The notes: a model not told the origin generated them from the letters alone. DNA of 64,000 bases from an uncultured Verrucomicrobiae bacterium (GCA_963846195.1 CAWJVG010000005.1:689677-753676); one strand, 5' to 3'. Counted from the stretch's first letter, positions 50,221 through 60,372 are shown. Program-made: numbers and translations.

Positions 50221-51006
50221 ATGATCCCGAAAGCTTATTCTCGGCTGGCGCTTGCAGCCGCAATTTGTCTGAGCTCTTTGACGCTCTCCCTCAAAATTCT
50301 GGCCGACGACATCAGCAATGCTGTTGACGCTTTCGACCGGGATCTCGGCCTGGAGCGTATGGGGTCGGACATTGTCAACGTTGAGCCGCAGAGTGCTGAC
50401 GTAGAGAGTTCAAATTCTGAGGCCGCCGAGAAAAAGACCGGGCATCGCAGGGATTCCCGGGTTTCTCATCCCCCGCTCTCTTCCGATATCCTGACCTTCC
50501 GTTCGAGCCAGAGAGTGACCGATAGCCTCCGCGGCTTTATGATCGCGAAGGTGACCCAGAACGATATGACGGCCATTCCGGCCGTCGAGAAACGATTTGC
50601 AAATGATGTTCTCTTGCATCGCTTCGATCGGATGTTCTCGCCCTACGGCTTCTCGAGCCACAACCTGGGGGACACCGTCGCGGGTTATTTAATTGCCTCT
50701 TGGGAAATTATCAACGACGCCGATGCTGCCGGGAATGTTCAGGGAATTCGCCGTGTGCGGGAGGCCGTGCGCAACAAAATGAAGGAGAAACGAAAAGTTA
50801 CCGCGTTATCCGACACCGATAAACAACGGTACTCTGAAATCTTTAAATATTTCACCGTCCTGATGATCGACAAAATGAACGAGCTGAAGCAGAAACACAA
50901 CGACGCCGGACAACGTCAACTGCGGGAACAGGCCGCTCAGCCGCCCTTGAAAATCGGCCTGGATCTTCGCAGGATGCGGTTCACTGAGCAAGGGTTTGTC
51001 AAGTAA
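50221..51006 (+). CDS. hypothetical secreted protein
   Basis: The ORF opens at 50179, with a likely start at ATG 50221 (MIPKAYSRLALAAAICLSSLTLS signal peptide). I recognise no family. Confidence 0.5.
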   Translation: MIPKAYSRLALAAAICLSSLTLSLKILADDISNAVDAFDRDLGLERMGSDIVNVEPQSADVESSNSEAAEKKTGHRRDSRVSHPPLSSDILTFRSSQRVTDSLRGFMIAKVTQNDMTAIPAVEKRFANDVLLHRFDRMFSPYGFSSHNLGDTVAGYLIASWEIINDADAAGNVQGIRRVREAVRNKMKEKRKVTALSDTDKQRYSEIFKYFTVLMIDKMNELKQKHNDAGQRQLREQAAQPPLKIGLDLRRMRFTEQGFVK

Positions 51007-51092
51007 GCCTTATTCGACCGGATGGTTTCTGTTCGTTTAATCGAAGATCTCGAAGGCGCCCGAATCGCTATGCATTCTTGAACCACTTAGGA

Positions 51093-51770
51093 ATGGCTGA
51101 ACAAAGTTCCATCTTACAAGGTTACGACCGCTATATCAGCGGACTCTTTGCAGCCGAGGACAGCGCGCTCAAATCTGCGCGATCGGAGATGCAGCGGGAA
51201 AAAATGCCCGAGATCAACGTCTCCGCGAGCGAGGGTAAAGTGTTGCAGGTTCTGGCTCGTATGATTGGAGCCAATCGCATTTTGGAAATTGGCACACTTG
51301 GCGCCTACAGCACGATCTGGCTTGCTCGTGCTTTGCCGCCGGACGGGAGGTTGATTACACTGGAGATCAACCCCCGATATGCCGCGGTCGCCCGACGCAA
51401 TCTCAAGCGCGCTCATCTGGAGCATAAGGTAGAGATCAGGGTCGGCCCAGCTCTCGAGTTACTGTCCCAATTGGAGACCCGAGATGAAATGTCGTTCGAC
51501 GTGATCTTTATCGACGCCGATAAGGAAGGTTATCCGGAATATTTACAGAAAGCGGTGCCGCTTCTGCGAGAAGGTGGTTTGATCCTGGCAGATAACACTT
51601 TGCCAAACGCAGTCTTGGATCCGCGGGCCGACAATGGAATCAAACGTTTTAACGCCGATGTGAGCGCACACCCTGATTTGATCTCCGTGCTTATGCCGGT
51701 GCTGCGGTCCCGGGGCATCGATGGACTTCTGATTGCCGCGAAACAAAAGAAAAGTTCGGGTGAAACCTGA
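51093..51770 (+). CDS. class I SAM-dependent O-methyltransferase (caffeoyl-CoA OMT-like)
   Basis: The ORF opens at TTG 51078, with a likely start at ATG 51093. It has ILEIGTLGAYSTIWLA, RLITLEINP and IFIDADKEGYPEYL. Confidence 0.85.
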   Translation: MAEQSSILQGYDRYISGLFAAEDSALKSARSEMQREKMPEINVSASEGKVLQVLARMIGANRILEIGTLGAYSTIWLARALPPDGRLITLEINPRYAAVARRNLKRAHLEHKVEIRVGPALELLSQLETRDEMSFDVIFIDADKEGYPEYLQKAVPLLREGGLILADNTLPNAVLDPRADNGIKRFNADVSAHPDLISVLMPVLRSRGIDGLLIAAKQKKSSGET

Positions 51771-51792
51771 ATTTCCGACTCCTATATGAAGC

Positions 51793-52188
51793 TCAGTTCC
51801 CCGGTTGGGGCAGCGAGTACTCTGTGTCTTCAAAAACGCTCAAGGCATGCCTCTCGGTCGCCAAATTGTAGAACTGCTCATCCTCCAACGCGAATTTAAG
51901 GAAAAGGTCACCAGAAGTCAGCCAAAGGATCAAGGCAAAGAGGAAAACGCAATGGGTTAAGACGCCGACAGCCCAGGGCATCGGCAGAAGGTTGAATCCG
52001 AAAATGCCTGCGTCGACGACAGCAACGAAAGCGCCCACCCACTTGAGAAGGAACAGCTGAAGCCTCGAATCCCGGCTTTTTTGATTCAGCAGGATGCAAA
52101 GCGCTTTGGGAACCCTGATCAGATAGCCGAGCGGACCATTTTTATAGGCAATGACGAACATTTTGTGCGGCATAGTAATTGGGACCAA
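51793..52188 (-). CDS. hypothetical membrane protein
   Basis: 131 aa with 2-3 hydrophobic segments. It lies downstream of the GT2 gene across an AT-rich spacer. I recognise no family. Confidence 0.45.
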   Translation of the reverse strand: MVPITMPHKMFVIAYKNGPLGYLIRVPKALCILLNQKSRDSRLQLFLLKWVGAFVAVVDAGIFGFNLLPMPWAVGVLTHCVFLFALILWLTSGDLFLKFALEDEQFYNLATERHALSVFEDTEYSLPQPGN

Positions 52189-52348
52189 GTCAAAGATTCA
52201 AAGCGAGAGCGGGAACAATCTAGATTCTGTGTTTAACAGAATAATAAGCATTTACCATAATTACAAGAATTATTTAGACGAATCAGCAGAATCTTCGAAA
52301 AAGGGGGTCTTGAGACGCAAAGGTTGCGTTGGCGAGGGGGTCTCTCCC

Positions 52349-53266
52349 TCAGGGCGGGGGGGTCGATGGTTCCGAGACTTCGGGGAAGTTTATCAGGTTT
52401 TCGGTTGGATTTTCGTCCTGATTCAGTGACCGCGTGATACCCAGTAGCAGCAGTTCCGCTCGCATATCGGTGTAGTTGTTCAGTGCCACCTTGAAGTAGG
52501 TCAGGAGACGTTTTCTCAATAGCGCGTCGGATTCGAGCCGAGGTCGGAGCTCCTTCAACAGCTCCAGATGCATCCTGACAACTTCTTGTACCACTGCACC
52601 TTTGCCATCTGCCTTGATGGTGTTGGTGGCGTGCACACGGTAATCCAGTAAATCCTGATGGATCAGCCCAAGCGCACCTCGAAACGCCACGGTCAGCGCC
52701 GCAAAATAGTCATGGACATAGCGGTACGGGCGAAATTCGGTGATTGCGCCCCTGCGAAATAAAAAGTTGCTGGTGGTTTTGGTGAAATTGCCATAGCCCA
52801 GCGAGACGACGAAATCGGTGCTTTTACTGAGGTAGGACCAAATACGATTAAGGCGCCGTTGCCTGCCGTCAAGCTGTCCGACCGGGATGCCGAATTCATC
52901 GATCAATCGAATGCGCGTACAGACGAGCTCAATCCCGGGATTTCGATCCAGATGATCAAGGCAACGGGCAAACCGCTCCGGATGATACCGATCGTCGGAG
53001 TTGAGGACACTTACGAAGTCGCAATCTCTACACAGCTCCAGTCCACGGGTGAGGGCCGCGTGCGCTCCTTGATTATCCTGCACGATGAGATGAATCCGCG
53101 GATCTTTGATAGCGCGAACGACGGCAACGGAATCATCTTGGGAGCCATCGTCTACGATCACCAGTCGCTCAGGTGGAAGGGTTTGTCCGACAACCGAGCG
53201 GATCGCTTCAGCGATATATGCAGCGTGATTGTATGACGGGATGACGCAGGCGATTTTTTGGCTCAT
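52349..53266 (-). CDS. glycosyltransferase family 2
   Basis: 305 aa. It has VIPSYNHAAYIAEAIRSVVGQT, VDDGSQD and a DxD-like NSDD. Confidence 0.88.
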   Translation of the reverse strand: MSQKIACVIPSYNHAAYIAEAIRSVVGQTLPPERLVIVDDGSQDDSVAVVRAIKDPRIHLIVQDNQGAHAALTRGLELCRDCDFVSVLNSDDRYHPERFARCLDHLDRNPGIELVCTRIRLIDEFGIPVGQLDGRQRRLNRIWSYLSKSTDFVVSLGYGNFTKTTSNFLFRRGAITEFRPYRYVHDYFAALTVAFRGALGLIHQDLLDYRVHATNTIKADGKGAVVQEVVRMHLELLKELRPRLESDALLRKRLLTYFKVALNNYTDMRAELLLLGITRSLNQDENPTENLINFPEVSEPSTPPP

Positions 53267-53349
53267 TCGTGACTCGCAATCCCGCTATCAAACTCCAGGG
53301 TGCCGCTCCAGACAATCCCCTTTCATCAGACAGAGGTTCCTTTTAACTT

Positions 53350-53796
53350 ATGGCCAACCGGTCGAGACGAGCCGCTCCGATGGAGACTCCTTCTTTAGAT
53401 ACAGAAGTTCGCGTCATGTTTTTCGACACTGACGCCGGCGGACTCGTTCATAACATCGCATACCTGCGATTCATTGAAACGAATCGGTCGCTGCTCGCAG
53501 AAAAACTGGGATGGCCGCTCGGCGAAATGTTGAACAAGGGTGATTGCCCTGTGGTGGTGCGAACTGAAATAGACTATCGGCGTCCGGCACGATTGTGGGA
53601 CGCTCTGCTGGTTCATGGCGAACTTTCGCAGTTCGAACGCACTCGGTTCTGGTGTTCATTTGCCATTACGCGGCCAAATGACGGCACACTTCTTATCACT
53701 TGCCGGCAACAGCTCGTCGTTGTGCACCTACCGGATCTGAAGGTTCGAAGGTTACCGAGACATTGGCAGACCGATTTCGGTCATCTGAATGCGTAA
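53350..53796 (+). CDS. acyl-CoA thioesterase (4HBT/YbgC-like hotdog fold)
   Basis: 148 aa. VRVMFFDTDAGGLVHNIAYLRFIE is the typical YbgC-type signature. Confidence 0.8.
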   Translation: MANRSRRAAPMETPSLDTEVRVMFFDTDAGGLVHNIAYLRFIETNRSLLAEKLGWPLGEMLNKGDCPVVVRTEIDYRRPARLWDALLVHGELSQFERTRFWCSFAITRPNDGTLLITCRQQLVVVHLPDLKVRRLPRHWQTDFGHLNA

Positions 53797-53841
53797 GGCA
53801 GCGCCACGCATCGGTTCAGTCTTTTGCACTATTCTCGCAGG

Positions 53842-54612
53842 CTACGCCTTGAGATGCACCAATTGCATGAGCCAATCAGAAGATTCCATTGCGCCCTGCA
53901 ATAGTTCTTTTCCGAAGTAGGTAAAGGTGACATCCCGACAGGCCACGATCAACATGACACTGAGCGCCGAAAAATTGATGAGATAAATGACCATCATCGA
54001 GAAGAAGGTGCCGTGCTCAATCAGGTCGGTTTGTCCCTGCCACAACATCCAGATCGCAAATGTGACATGGAAACTCCAGGTGAAACCGACAACTCCGAAC
54101 AGCCATCTTCTATACGCTTCCACATCCACGAAGGCGCTGATCCCGCCGTACAGAAGGAGGGCCAGAATACTGTAGATCGGAAAAAAATAGGGTGCCAACG
54201 AGATCCAGAAGTTATTTGTATCAGTGACGACGTAGCCGCCAGTCCGACTGACGCGAAATTGGCGCACTTTACCTCCCATCAGCCAGGTCCAGAGGGCATG
54301 TGTGAGTTCATGGCCGAAAACGTACAACAACATTGGCCTGGGCAGCCCGAAGAACGCGATGACCCAAAGCAAAGTCCCCAACGAAAAAAACCAGAATTCT
54401 TCCGAAGCCCAGAAACCATGTTGAATGGCCGCAGTGGAAAAGCTGCTGAAGAAGGCGCGAGTTAATATCCAGGCTGGCGGAACTAGGAAAACAGCAACGA
54501 CCTGCTTAAGCCAACGAACAGGAACTACCCATTCAGTTCTAGCGCGTACTTCATGCGCCAGAAGGCCGGTCTTGAGTCCGCGCCGCCTCCGTTTCTTAAC
54601 CGAAGAATCCAC
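53842..54612 (-). CDS. membrane protein with HExxH motif (M50B-like putative zinc metalloprotease)
   Basis: 256 aa and polytopic. YVFGHELTHALWTWLMGGKV resembles the peptidase M50B-like / DUF3267 family. Confidence 0.6.
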   Translation of the reverse strand: MDSSVKKRRRRGLKTGLLAHEVRARTEWVVPVRWLKQVVAVFLVPPAWILTRAFFSSFSTAAIQHGFWASEEFWFFSLGTLLWVIAFFGLPRPMLLYVFGHELTHALWTWLMGGKVRQFRVSRTGGYVVTDTNNFWISLAPYFFPIYSILALLLYGGISAFVDVEAYRRWLFGVVGFTWSFHVTFAIWMLWQGQTDLIEHGTFFSMMVIYLINFSALSVMLIVACRDVTFTYFGKELLQGAMESSDWLMQLVHLKA

Positions 54613-54713
54613 TGGCTTCCTAGTTTACCAGCGAACGGTCCTCAAACGCGAGCTTCAACAGAATTCGTGCTACCTTCCATCGCCGAAACGCTGATCCTGT
54701 GACACTGCGGCCC

Positions 54714-55271
54714 TCAAGCCCGACCCATATATGCTCCTGTGCGAGTGTCCACCCGAATGACTTCACCCTCTTTAATAAACAAAGGGACCTGGATCGTTTT
54801 GCCGGTCTCCAGCTTCGCCGGTTTCTGCACGTTGTTTGCACTATCCCCGCGGAGTCCTTCGGCAGACTCGATCACCTTCAGTTCCACGGAAGAAGGCAAC
54901 TCGACTTCAACGGCTTTTCCTTCCGCATAGAGTACATCCACCTGTAAATTCTCGGTCAAATAGTTCGCGGCCTCATTGATGAGCTCGTTGGGAAAAGTCT
55001 CCGTTTCGTACGTTTCAGGATCCATGAATACAAATCCATCCTGGTCTTTGTAACTGTACTCCAGCTTGCGCCGATTCACGTCAACCAACTCTACAGTTTC
55101 GGTCGAACTAAACCGCACATTGCTAGATTTTCCCGTGCGGATACTTCTGAGCGTCGCTTGGACGAAGGCTCGAAGATTCCCCGGGGTACGGTGTTGGACG
55201 TCCAATACCACGGTAACGTCTCCGTGGTAACGAATAGCCATCCCTTTCCTAAGGTCATTTGCTGCTGCCAT
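54714..55271 (-). CDS. efp: elongation factor P family protein (atypical loop, YeiP/EfpL-like C-terminus)
   Basis: 185 aa from ATG 55271, inside ORF 54714..55424. The three-domain EF-P pattern is present (KGMAIRYHGD..., FMDPETYE, VQKPAKLETG..IQVPLFI). The loop reads HRTPGNLRAF and the protein ends YMGRA. Confidence 0.88.
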   Translation of the reverse strand: MAAANDLRKGMAIRYHGDVTVVLDVQHRTPGNLRAFVQATLRSIRTGKSSNVRFSSTETVELVDVNRRKLEYSYKDQDGFVFMDPETYETETFPNELINEAANYLTENLQVDVLYAEGKAVEVELPSSVELKVIESAEGLRGDSANNVQKPAKLETGKTIQVPLFIKEGEVIRVDTRTGAYMGRA

Positions 55272-55420
55272 AAAGTTAGTTATCGATATCAGGGCCAGTC
55301 GCAGGTTCCGGATTCCTCGAAAAGACGCGTAATCTCCGTTTAATGCATCTCGGTCACCCGACGGACTGAGACGGATCCGTCGATTTACCCTTCCCCGAGC
55401 CTGGCGCCAGCCTTTACTGA

Positions 55421-56392
55421 TCACAGAAGCTTCAGTTTCGTCAAATCCTGAGAATCCACAATTCCAACCGGTTCATTCTTTTCGTTCACGACGATTAAGT
55501 CATCGATGCGGTGCTGGTCGAGGATGTTTAAGACTTCAACGGCCAGTTTGTGGGCCTGAATGGTTATCGGATGCCGTACCATATGTCGTTCGACGGGATC
55601 GGAAAGCATCTTCGGGTCTTTCTCGATCGCCCGAACAAAATCGCCATGGGTAAAAATCCCGGCGAGCTTTCCGGAAGCATCCGTGATCACTGCCACTCCG
55701 GCTCGATGCTCGTTCATCGAATGGAGCACCGCTAGAACCTGAGTCTGTGGCGAGACCGCCGGCATCCGTGCCTCGCCGCGCATGATATCGCGCACTCGTT
55801 GCAGAAGATAGCGTCCCAACCGTCCGCCCGGGTGGAACTTGAGGAAATCATCTTCACCAAAACCCCGCACTTCGAGAAGCACCATGGCCAACGCATCGCC
55901 CAATGCCAGCATGACGGTCGTACTTGAGGTAGGCGCAAGATTAAGCGGACAGGCTTCCTTTTCAACCGAACAATCGAGGACAATTTCGCTCTGTTTGGCC
56001 AGCGTCGACCCCGGATCTCCCGTCATGGAGATCATCCGAACATCGAAGCGCTTCAAAGCAGGCAGGATATTCAACAATTCCGCGGTCTCTCCGCTATAAC
56101 TCGCGGCGATTACCACATCTCCGTCCGCCACGATTCCGAGATCGCCATGCAGCGCGTTCACAGGATTTAGAACGAACGCAGGCGATCCGGTGCTGGTGAG
56201 TGTGGCCGCGATTTTTTCACCAATTTGACCGGATTTGCCAACCCCTATCACAATTATCTTGCGACCGGCCTGTACAGTCTCCAGCAAGAGTCGCACTGCT
56301 TGCTCGAATCTCTCGTCCAATCGCTCAGCCAATCGCTGTAACTCGGAAACCTCAATATGCAAAACTCGCCGCGCTTTCTGTAGATAATCCAT
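55421..56392 (-). CDS. kdsD: arabinose-5-phosphate isomerase (KpsF/GutQ family, SIS + 2 CBS)
   Basis: The likely start is ATG 56392 (MDYLQKARRVL). It has an SIS domain (GVGKSGQIGEKIAATLTSTG) and C-terminal tandem CBS domains. Confidence 0.88.
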   Translation of the reverse strand: MDYLQKARRVLHIEVSELQRLAERLDERFEQAVRLLLETVQAGRKIIVIGVGKSGQIGEKIAATLTSTGSPAFVLNPVNALHGDLGIVADGDVVIAASYSGETAELLNILPALKRFDVRMISMTGDPGSTLAKQSEIVLDCSVEKEACPLNLAPTSSTTVMLALGDALAMVLLEVRGFGEDDFLKFHPGGRLGRYLLQRVRDIMRGEARMPAVSPQTQVLAVLHSMNEHRAGVAVITDASGKLAGIFTHGDFVRAIEKDPKMLSDPVERHMVRHPITIQAHKLAVEVLNILDQHRIDDLIVVNEKNEPVGIVDSQDLTKLKLL

Positions 56393-56448
56393 TGAATAAA
56401 CAAAAGGGAACTTTACACGGAGGCGCGGGCAAGTCACGTAGACGGGAG

Positions 56449-57351
56449 TCAGGAGTTCAGGAGCCCTGTCAATACACGGAGATTCACGATATCTTCTTTC
56501 AAATCTTCTTTTTTAGGGGTTTCCAGGACTTTCGGGATGGCTCCGAATTCCCCTGAGCGCATGATCTCGCGAAAAGGCACCAGCCCGATCTTTCCTTTCC
56601 CGATATGTTCATGACGATCCACCCGGGAACCGAGTGCCGTCTTTGAATCATTCAAATGCCAAGCGGAAAGACGGTCGCGCCCGATGATTCGATCGAATCT
56701 TTTTACCATCTCCCAAAATCCCTTTTCAGTGGAAATATCGAATCCGGCTTCAAACAAATGAGCGGTATCGAGACAAGTCTTGAGACGTTCACGGAACTTA
56801 GACCGGTCAATGATGGTCGCCAGATGTTCGAACGTATGCCCGAGACAAGTTCCCTGCCCGGCGGTGATTTCGAGAGCGATCCGGCATTTTCCGCGTGGCA
56901 GGGAGGTGAACACTTCATCCAGGCTCGAAACGATGCGGGTCAAACCGATTTCCTCGCCGTCCCCCATGTGCGCGCCTGGATGCAGCACAAGAAAAGGGAG
57001 ACCAAGTTGATCAGCTCTGCTCAATTCCTCGCAGAGCGCTTGGATCGATTTTTCTCGGAATTCCGGGTTTTTCGCTGCCGGATTGATCAGATAGCTTGTA
57101 TGCCCAAAGACCACCTTCGGCCGATCAGGGAAGTTTTGGTAGGCAGTCAGTTCGGTTTCTGCAAATGGCTTGGCGAACCATTGCATATTGTTCTTCACGA
57201 AGATCTGGATAGCCGTGCACCCGATCGATCGACCGCGCTCGAGCGCCTTAGACGGTCCGCCTGAGGTTGACATATGCGCACCCAATAAGAGAAACGGGAG
57301 CTTATCTGTTACCTTTTTGCGTCGCGGTCCGGTGGCAGTCTTTTGAGCCAT
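56449..57351 (-). CDS. nfo: deoxyribonuclease IV (endonuclease IV)
   Basis: 300 aa. It has LLGAHMSTSGG, LVLHPGAH and WHLNDSK. The N-terminal ~20 aa is an extension. Confidence 0.88.
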   Translation of the reverse strand: MAQKTATGPRRKKVTDKLPFLLLGAHMSTSGGPSKALERGRSIGCTAIQIFVKNNMQWFAKPFAETELTAYQNFPDRPKVVFGHTSYLINPAAKNPEFREKSIQALCEELSRADQLGLPFLVLHPGAHMGDGEEIGLTRIVSSLDEVFTSLPRGKCRIALEITAGQGTCLGHTFEHLATIIDRSKFRERLKTCLDTAHLFEAGFDISTEKGFWEMVKRFDRIIGRDRLSAWHLNDSKTALGSRVDRHEHIGKGKIGLVPFREIMRSGEFGAIPKVLETPKKEDLKEDIVNLRVLTGLLNS

Positions 57352-57417
57352 ACGGTTTAAAATCCGTGCAATCCGAGGCTTACATCTTTACTTCGGTTTG
57401 CTGGTTGAGCGGAGCAT

Positions 57418-59502
57418 CTACTTCCGCACCGGCGAAATCAATTCCCAGATTGGCTCCTGGATTGTGCCGAACCCACGAACACTAAGTGCGCCACTGTCCG
57501 AGTTGCCTCTGAGATCAACAAGGCCTCCGAAAAAGAAAACCGAACCGGCGAGACGCAGCGAATGCGAACCGGAGACAATCTGAAAAGAGAGCACTCGGAG
57601 AGATACCGCATTCAGCTTGAAACTCAGTTCCGAATCCAGCGGCTCCCGGAATCCAAAAGGCTCGAGACGCGTCAGGAGAGACGTAAAAAATTTTGACTCG
57701 CTCACTTTAGCTCCCTTGAATCTCATTGTACCATCGACGGCGAGATTTGGAGGCTCAGCTCCAAGCACGGAGAAATCCAGGGATCCCTGCTCACAAGGAA
57801 TTTCCCATCCGTCAGATTGATATGTGAACGGATTCTGCGTATCGATCCGAATTCGAAGACTGTCGGCGGATCTGTTTCCGAATTGGACCGTTCCGACAGC
57901 GTGAATGATGGGAGCGACGGCAAAATGGAACGGCTTCAGGATTCGTCCGACCGACGGATCGATCCACGCCGCGACAGCGTCGGGCGAAAGGTTCGTTTCG
58001 GCCTCTTCGATCGTCAGCCTTTCGTGCGTGAGATCACAAGTGAATCGACCGGTTCCGATACCTTCATCCCTGATCACCCGGACCTGATCGCACTTCAGCA
58101 CATTGTTCTGAAACTCGCAATCTGCCGAAGCCGAGTTTGCGAGAGCGCCGCGGAATTTTGTTTTACCCAGCCAGATCTGACCATTCCCCGATATCTTCTC
58201 GAGCTCAGGGGTTAATCCCGAAAAAGTAGCCTGGATCACCGGCGGCGTCTGAAATTCCCAATCGGCCAACACATGTTGAAATCTCGCCGGGCAAAGCGGC
58301 ATAAGCTCGGTCGGATTTAGCGCGGAGTTGATACGCATCCGAAAATCGCCCGGACGATCCAAGACATCTCCTGACAATGTTCCAGAGCGATGTGTCAGTT
58401 GTGCGTTCATCACCATCCAGGAATTTCCGGATCTTGAAAACTCGGCTTTCATACTCAGGAACTTCACATTTCGAAAAATAAACTGGTCGAAATTCAGGTT
58501 TCCCAAAACTTCCCAACGCCCGTCTGGGCGAGCCATGCCGCTCAGCTCGATTTCAGGCGGCGCGTCGAAAGCCAACTCATTGGCCCAGGGAAATCGGGAA
58601 TCGTTGGCCAATAGTTTCGCCGGATCGAGACCGCTGCGGACCTGGAAGTTTTTTTCGCCGGTGGCCAGGTCCCAATCGCCGGTGGCGAATAATTCTCCGC
58701 GCCCATCGCGCATAAAAAGTTTGCGCAGATAGAATTTCTGGTTCTCGAGGGAGAACTGACAGTCTAGATTTTCGAGTTGATAGTTTTGTCGAGTGAGGCT
58801 TCCCGCAAACAGATGACCAGCCTGCAGCCGCAGCGAAGTAGGATTTGCGAGATCAACCTGAAAGGTGAAGTCCAGCTGGGGCACTCCTCGGGAAAAGTGG
58901 AGCGACTCAATCTCTTTGATCAGTAGCCGGAGAAAATTTTGTTCTGGTTTTTGATCCGGGCGAGTGGGTGGGTCCAAACCCGGGAGAACCGCAAAAGCCG
59001 CGGGATTCACTAAGGTGCCCGATGTCTGTAGATGAATCCCGAAGACTACTCCGGAAGCCTGGCGCACTTCGATGCGCCCGGGAAAAAAATAGATTCGAGA
59101 CTGAAGTTCCGTGAGTCGGATGCGCCCCGCCTTGGGCGTCGCGGGGTCAATCGGTATTGAAATCTTGGCATCGTGCAAATCGACAGCGTTCAGGGCGGGC
59201 TCTTGCTGAAGCAGGTTAGCGTAGTTGATGTCGAGAGAAAGATCGCTGATCTGGGCAACGATGGTTTGCCTGCGATCGTTGTCATAGATCACGAGATCCT
59301 TCGCAACCAAACCCCGGAACGGGTCCAAGGTTAGCCGTCGAACCCGGATTTCGAGGCCGAATGAGTGGAATTCCTTCGTCAGCAAGGCTCTCCAATGCCT
59401 GCCGAATCCTTGATGATAATAATAGTAGGCGACCCACGTAAGCAGTAAAGTGAGGGAGAGCAGGATCAACCACCTGAAAAACTGGAACGGACGCATTGAC
59501 AT
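57418..59502 (-). CDS. AsmA-like outer-membrane biogenesis family protein
   Basis: The ORF extends to 59886, but the N-terminal TM (FFRWLILLSLTLLLTWVAYYYY) follows the ATGs at 59502 and 59496. The body is long and beta-rich. The C-terminal ...LVDLRGNSDSGALSVRGFGTIQEP resembles the AsmA/TamB C-terminus. Confidence 0.65.
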   Translation of the reverse strand: MSMRPFQFFRWLILLSLTLLLTWVAYYYYHQGFGRHWRALLTKEFHSFGLEIRVRRLTLDPFRGLVAKDLVIYDNDRRQTIVAQISDLSLDINYANLLQQEPALNAVDLHDAKISIPIDPATPKAGRIRLTELQSRIYFFPGRIEVRQASGVVFGIHLQTSGTLVNPAAFAVLPGLDPPTRPDQKPEQNFLRLLIKEIESLHFSRGVPQLDFTFQVDLANPTSLRLQAGHLFAGSLTRQNYQLENLDCQFSLENQKFYLRKLFMRDGRGELFATGDWDLATGEKNFQVRSGLDPAKLLANDSRFPWANELAFDAPPEIELSGMARPDGRWEVLGNLNFDQFIFRNVKFLSMKAEFSRSGNSWMVMNAQLTHRSGTLSGDVLDRPGDFRMRINSALNPTELMPLCPARFQHVLADWEFQTPPVIQATFSGLTPELEKISGNGQIWLGKTKFRGALANSASADCEFQNNVLKCDQVRVIRDEGIGTGRFTCDLTHERLTIEEAETNLSPDAVAAWIDPSVGRILKPFHFAVAPIIHAVGTVQFGNRSADSLRIRIDTQNPFTYQSDGWEIPCEQGSLDFSVLGAEPPNLAVDGTMRFKGAKVSESKFFTSLLTRLEPFGFREPLDSELSFKLNAVSLRVLSFQIVSGSHSLRLAGSVFFFGGLVDLRGNSDSGALSVRGFGTIQEPIWELISPVRK

Positions 59503-59685
59503 CGAACCGGGCAAAGGATGAGGATACATCAGAACTCGGGCAATGGGAAAACGCCGGTGGTCAAAACCTTTGGTGGAGCCGTGGACGACGCGACAACCCC
59601 GGCTCGGACAGAGTCTCGCTCTAAAGCGGAAGACGGGGCAACGCGAAGTTAATTCGGCACGAATAATGCTGAGTAAGCAGATCCG

Positions 59686-60372
59686 ATGATTCAACCAAAT
59701 TGTCGGGCAAGATTTACCGGGGATGACTTCGATTTCGTTGTTCGCACACTGGCCAAAGACCCGGGAAACAAGGTTGGTCTCGTCGAATTGCTGACAGACA
59801 TCGAGACAAGAGATCAGATTCTGGATCATGACGGACTTGTCCGTGCTGTACTTGAAAGGCCAGGCAATCTGACCATTTCTCCGCAATTTTACTTTTACAT
59901 CCTGGCTCGGCTTGTCTTAAAGCGCGCGGGCATCGACGACCGAATGTTGACGGACTATGTCGGCTCCCTGTTGGAGAAGTTTTCCCAGATCCGACAAATG
60001 CGGGCGCCGGTTCAGAATCTCGAGACTCTCTATCTGTCGGACCTTTTACTGGCACTGAAGAGCGCTTCTTCGTACCAGACGTTTCTAATCAGGGCGCACA
60101 TCGGCAATTATGCGCTGTTCATCAGTGGCATTTTTTACGAGAGCATTGAGAGCCGGAGCCAGCGAGGTGCTCCCAGTTTCTCATTCTACGAGGACATGGG
60201 CCGGGCGAGTTTTCACGCCTTGGCGACACATGACGTTGCCCGCAGGTACGAGTTAAGCGGTCTTTTCGAGAAGCTAGCGGATCACTTTCACCAGTGCCGT
60301 CTGGCCTTAAATTGCCTGACAGACGAGTTTGTTAATATTGGCGACAATCGATTCATGCCGACCTTCGAATGA
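59686..60372 (+). CDS. hypothetical protein (no recognisable domain)
   Basis: 228 aa with no signal peptide or TM segment. Its stop overlaps the next start (ATGA at 60369-60372). Confidence 0.6.
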   Translation: MIQPNCRARFTGDDFDFVVRTLAKDPGNKVGLVELLTDIETRDQILDHDGLVRAVLERPGNLTISPQFYFYILARLVLKRAGIDDRMLTDYVGSLLEKFSQIRQMRAPVQNLETLYLSDLLLALKSASSYQTFLIRAHIGNYALFISGIFYESIESRSQRGAPSFSFYEDMGRASFHALATHDVARRYELSGLFEKLADHFHQCRLALNCLTDEFVNIGDNRFMPTFE

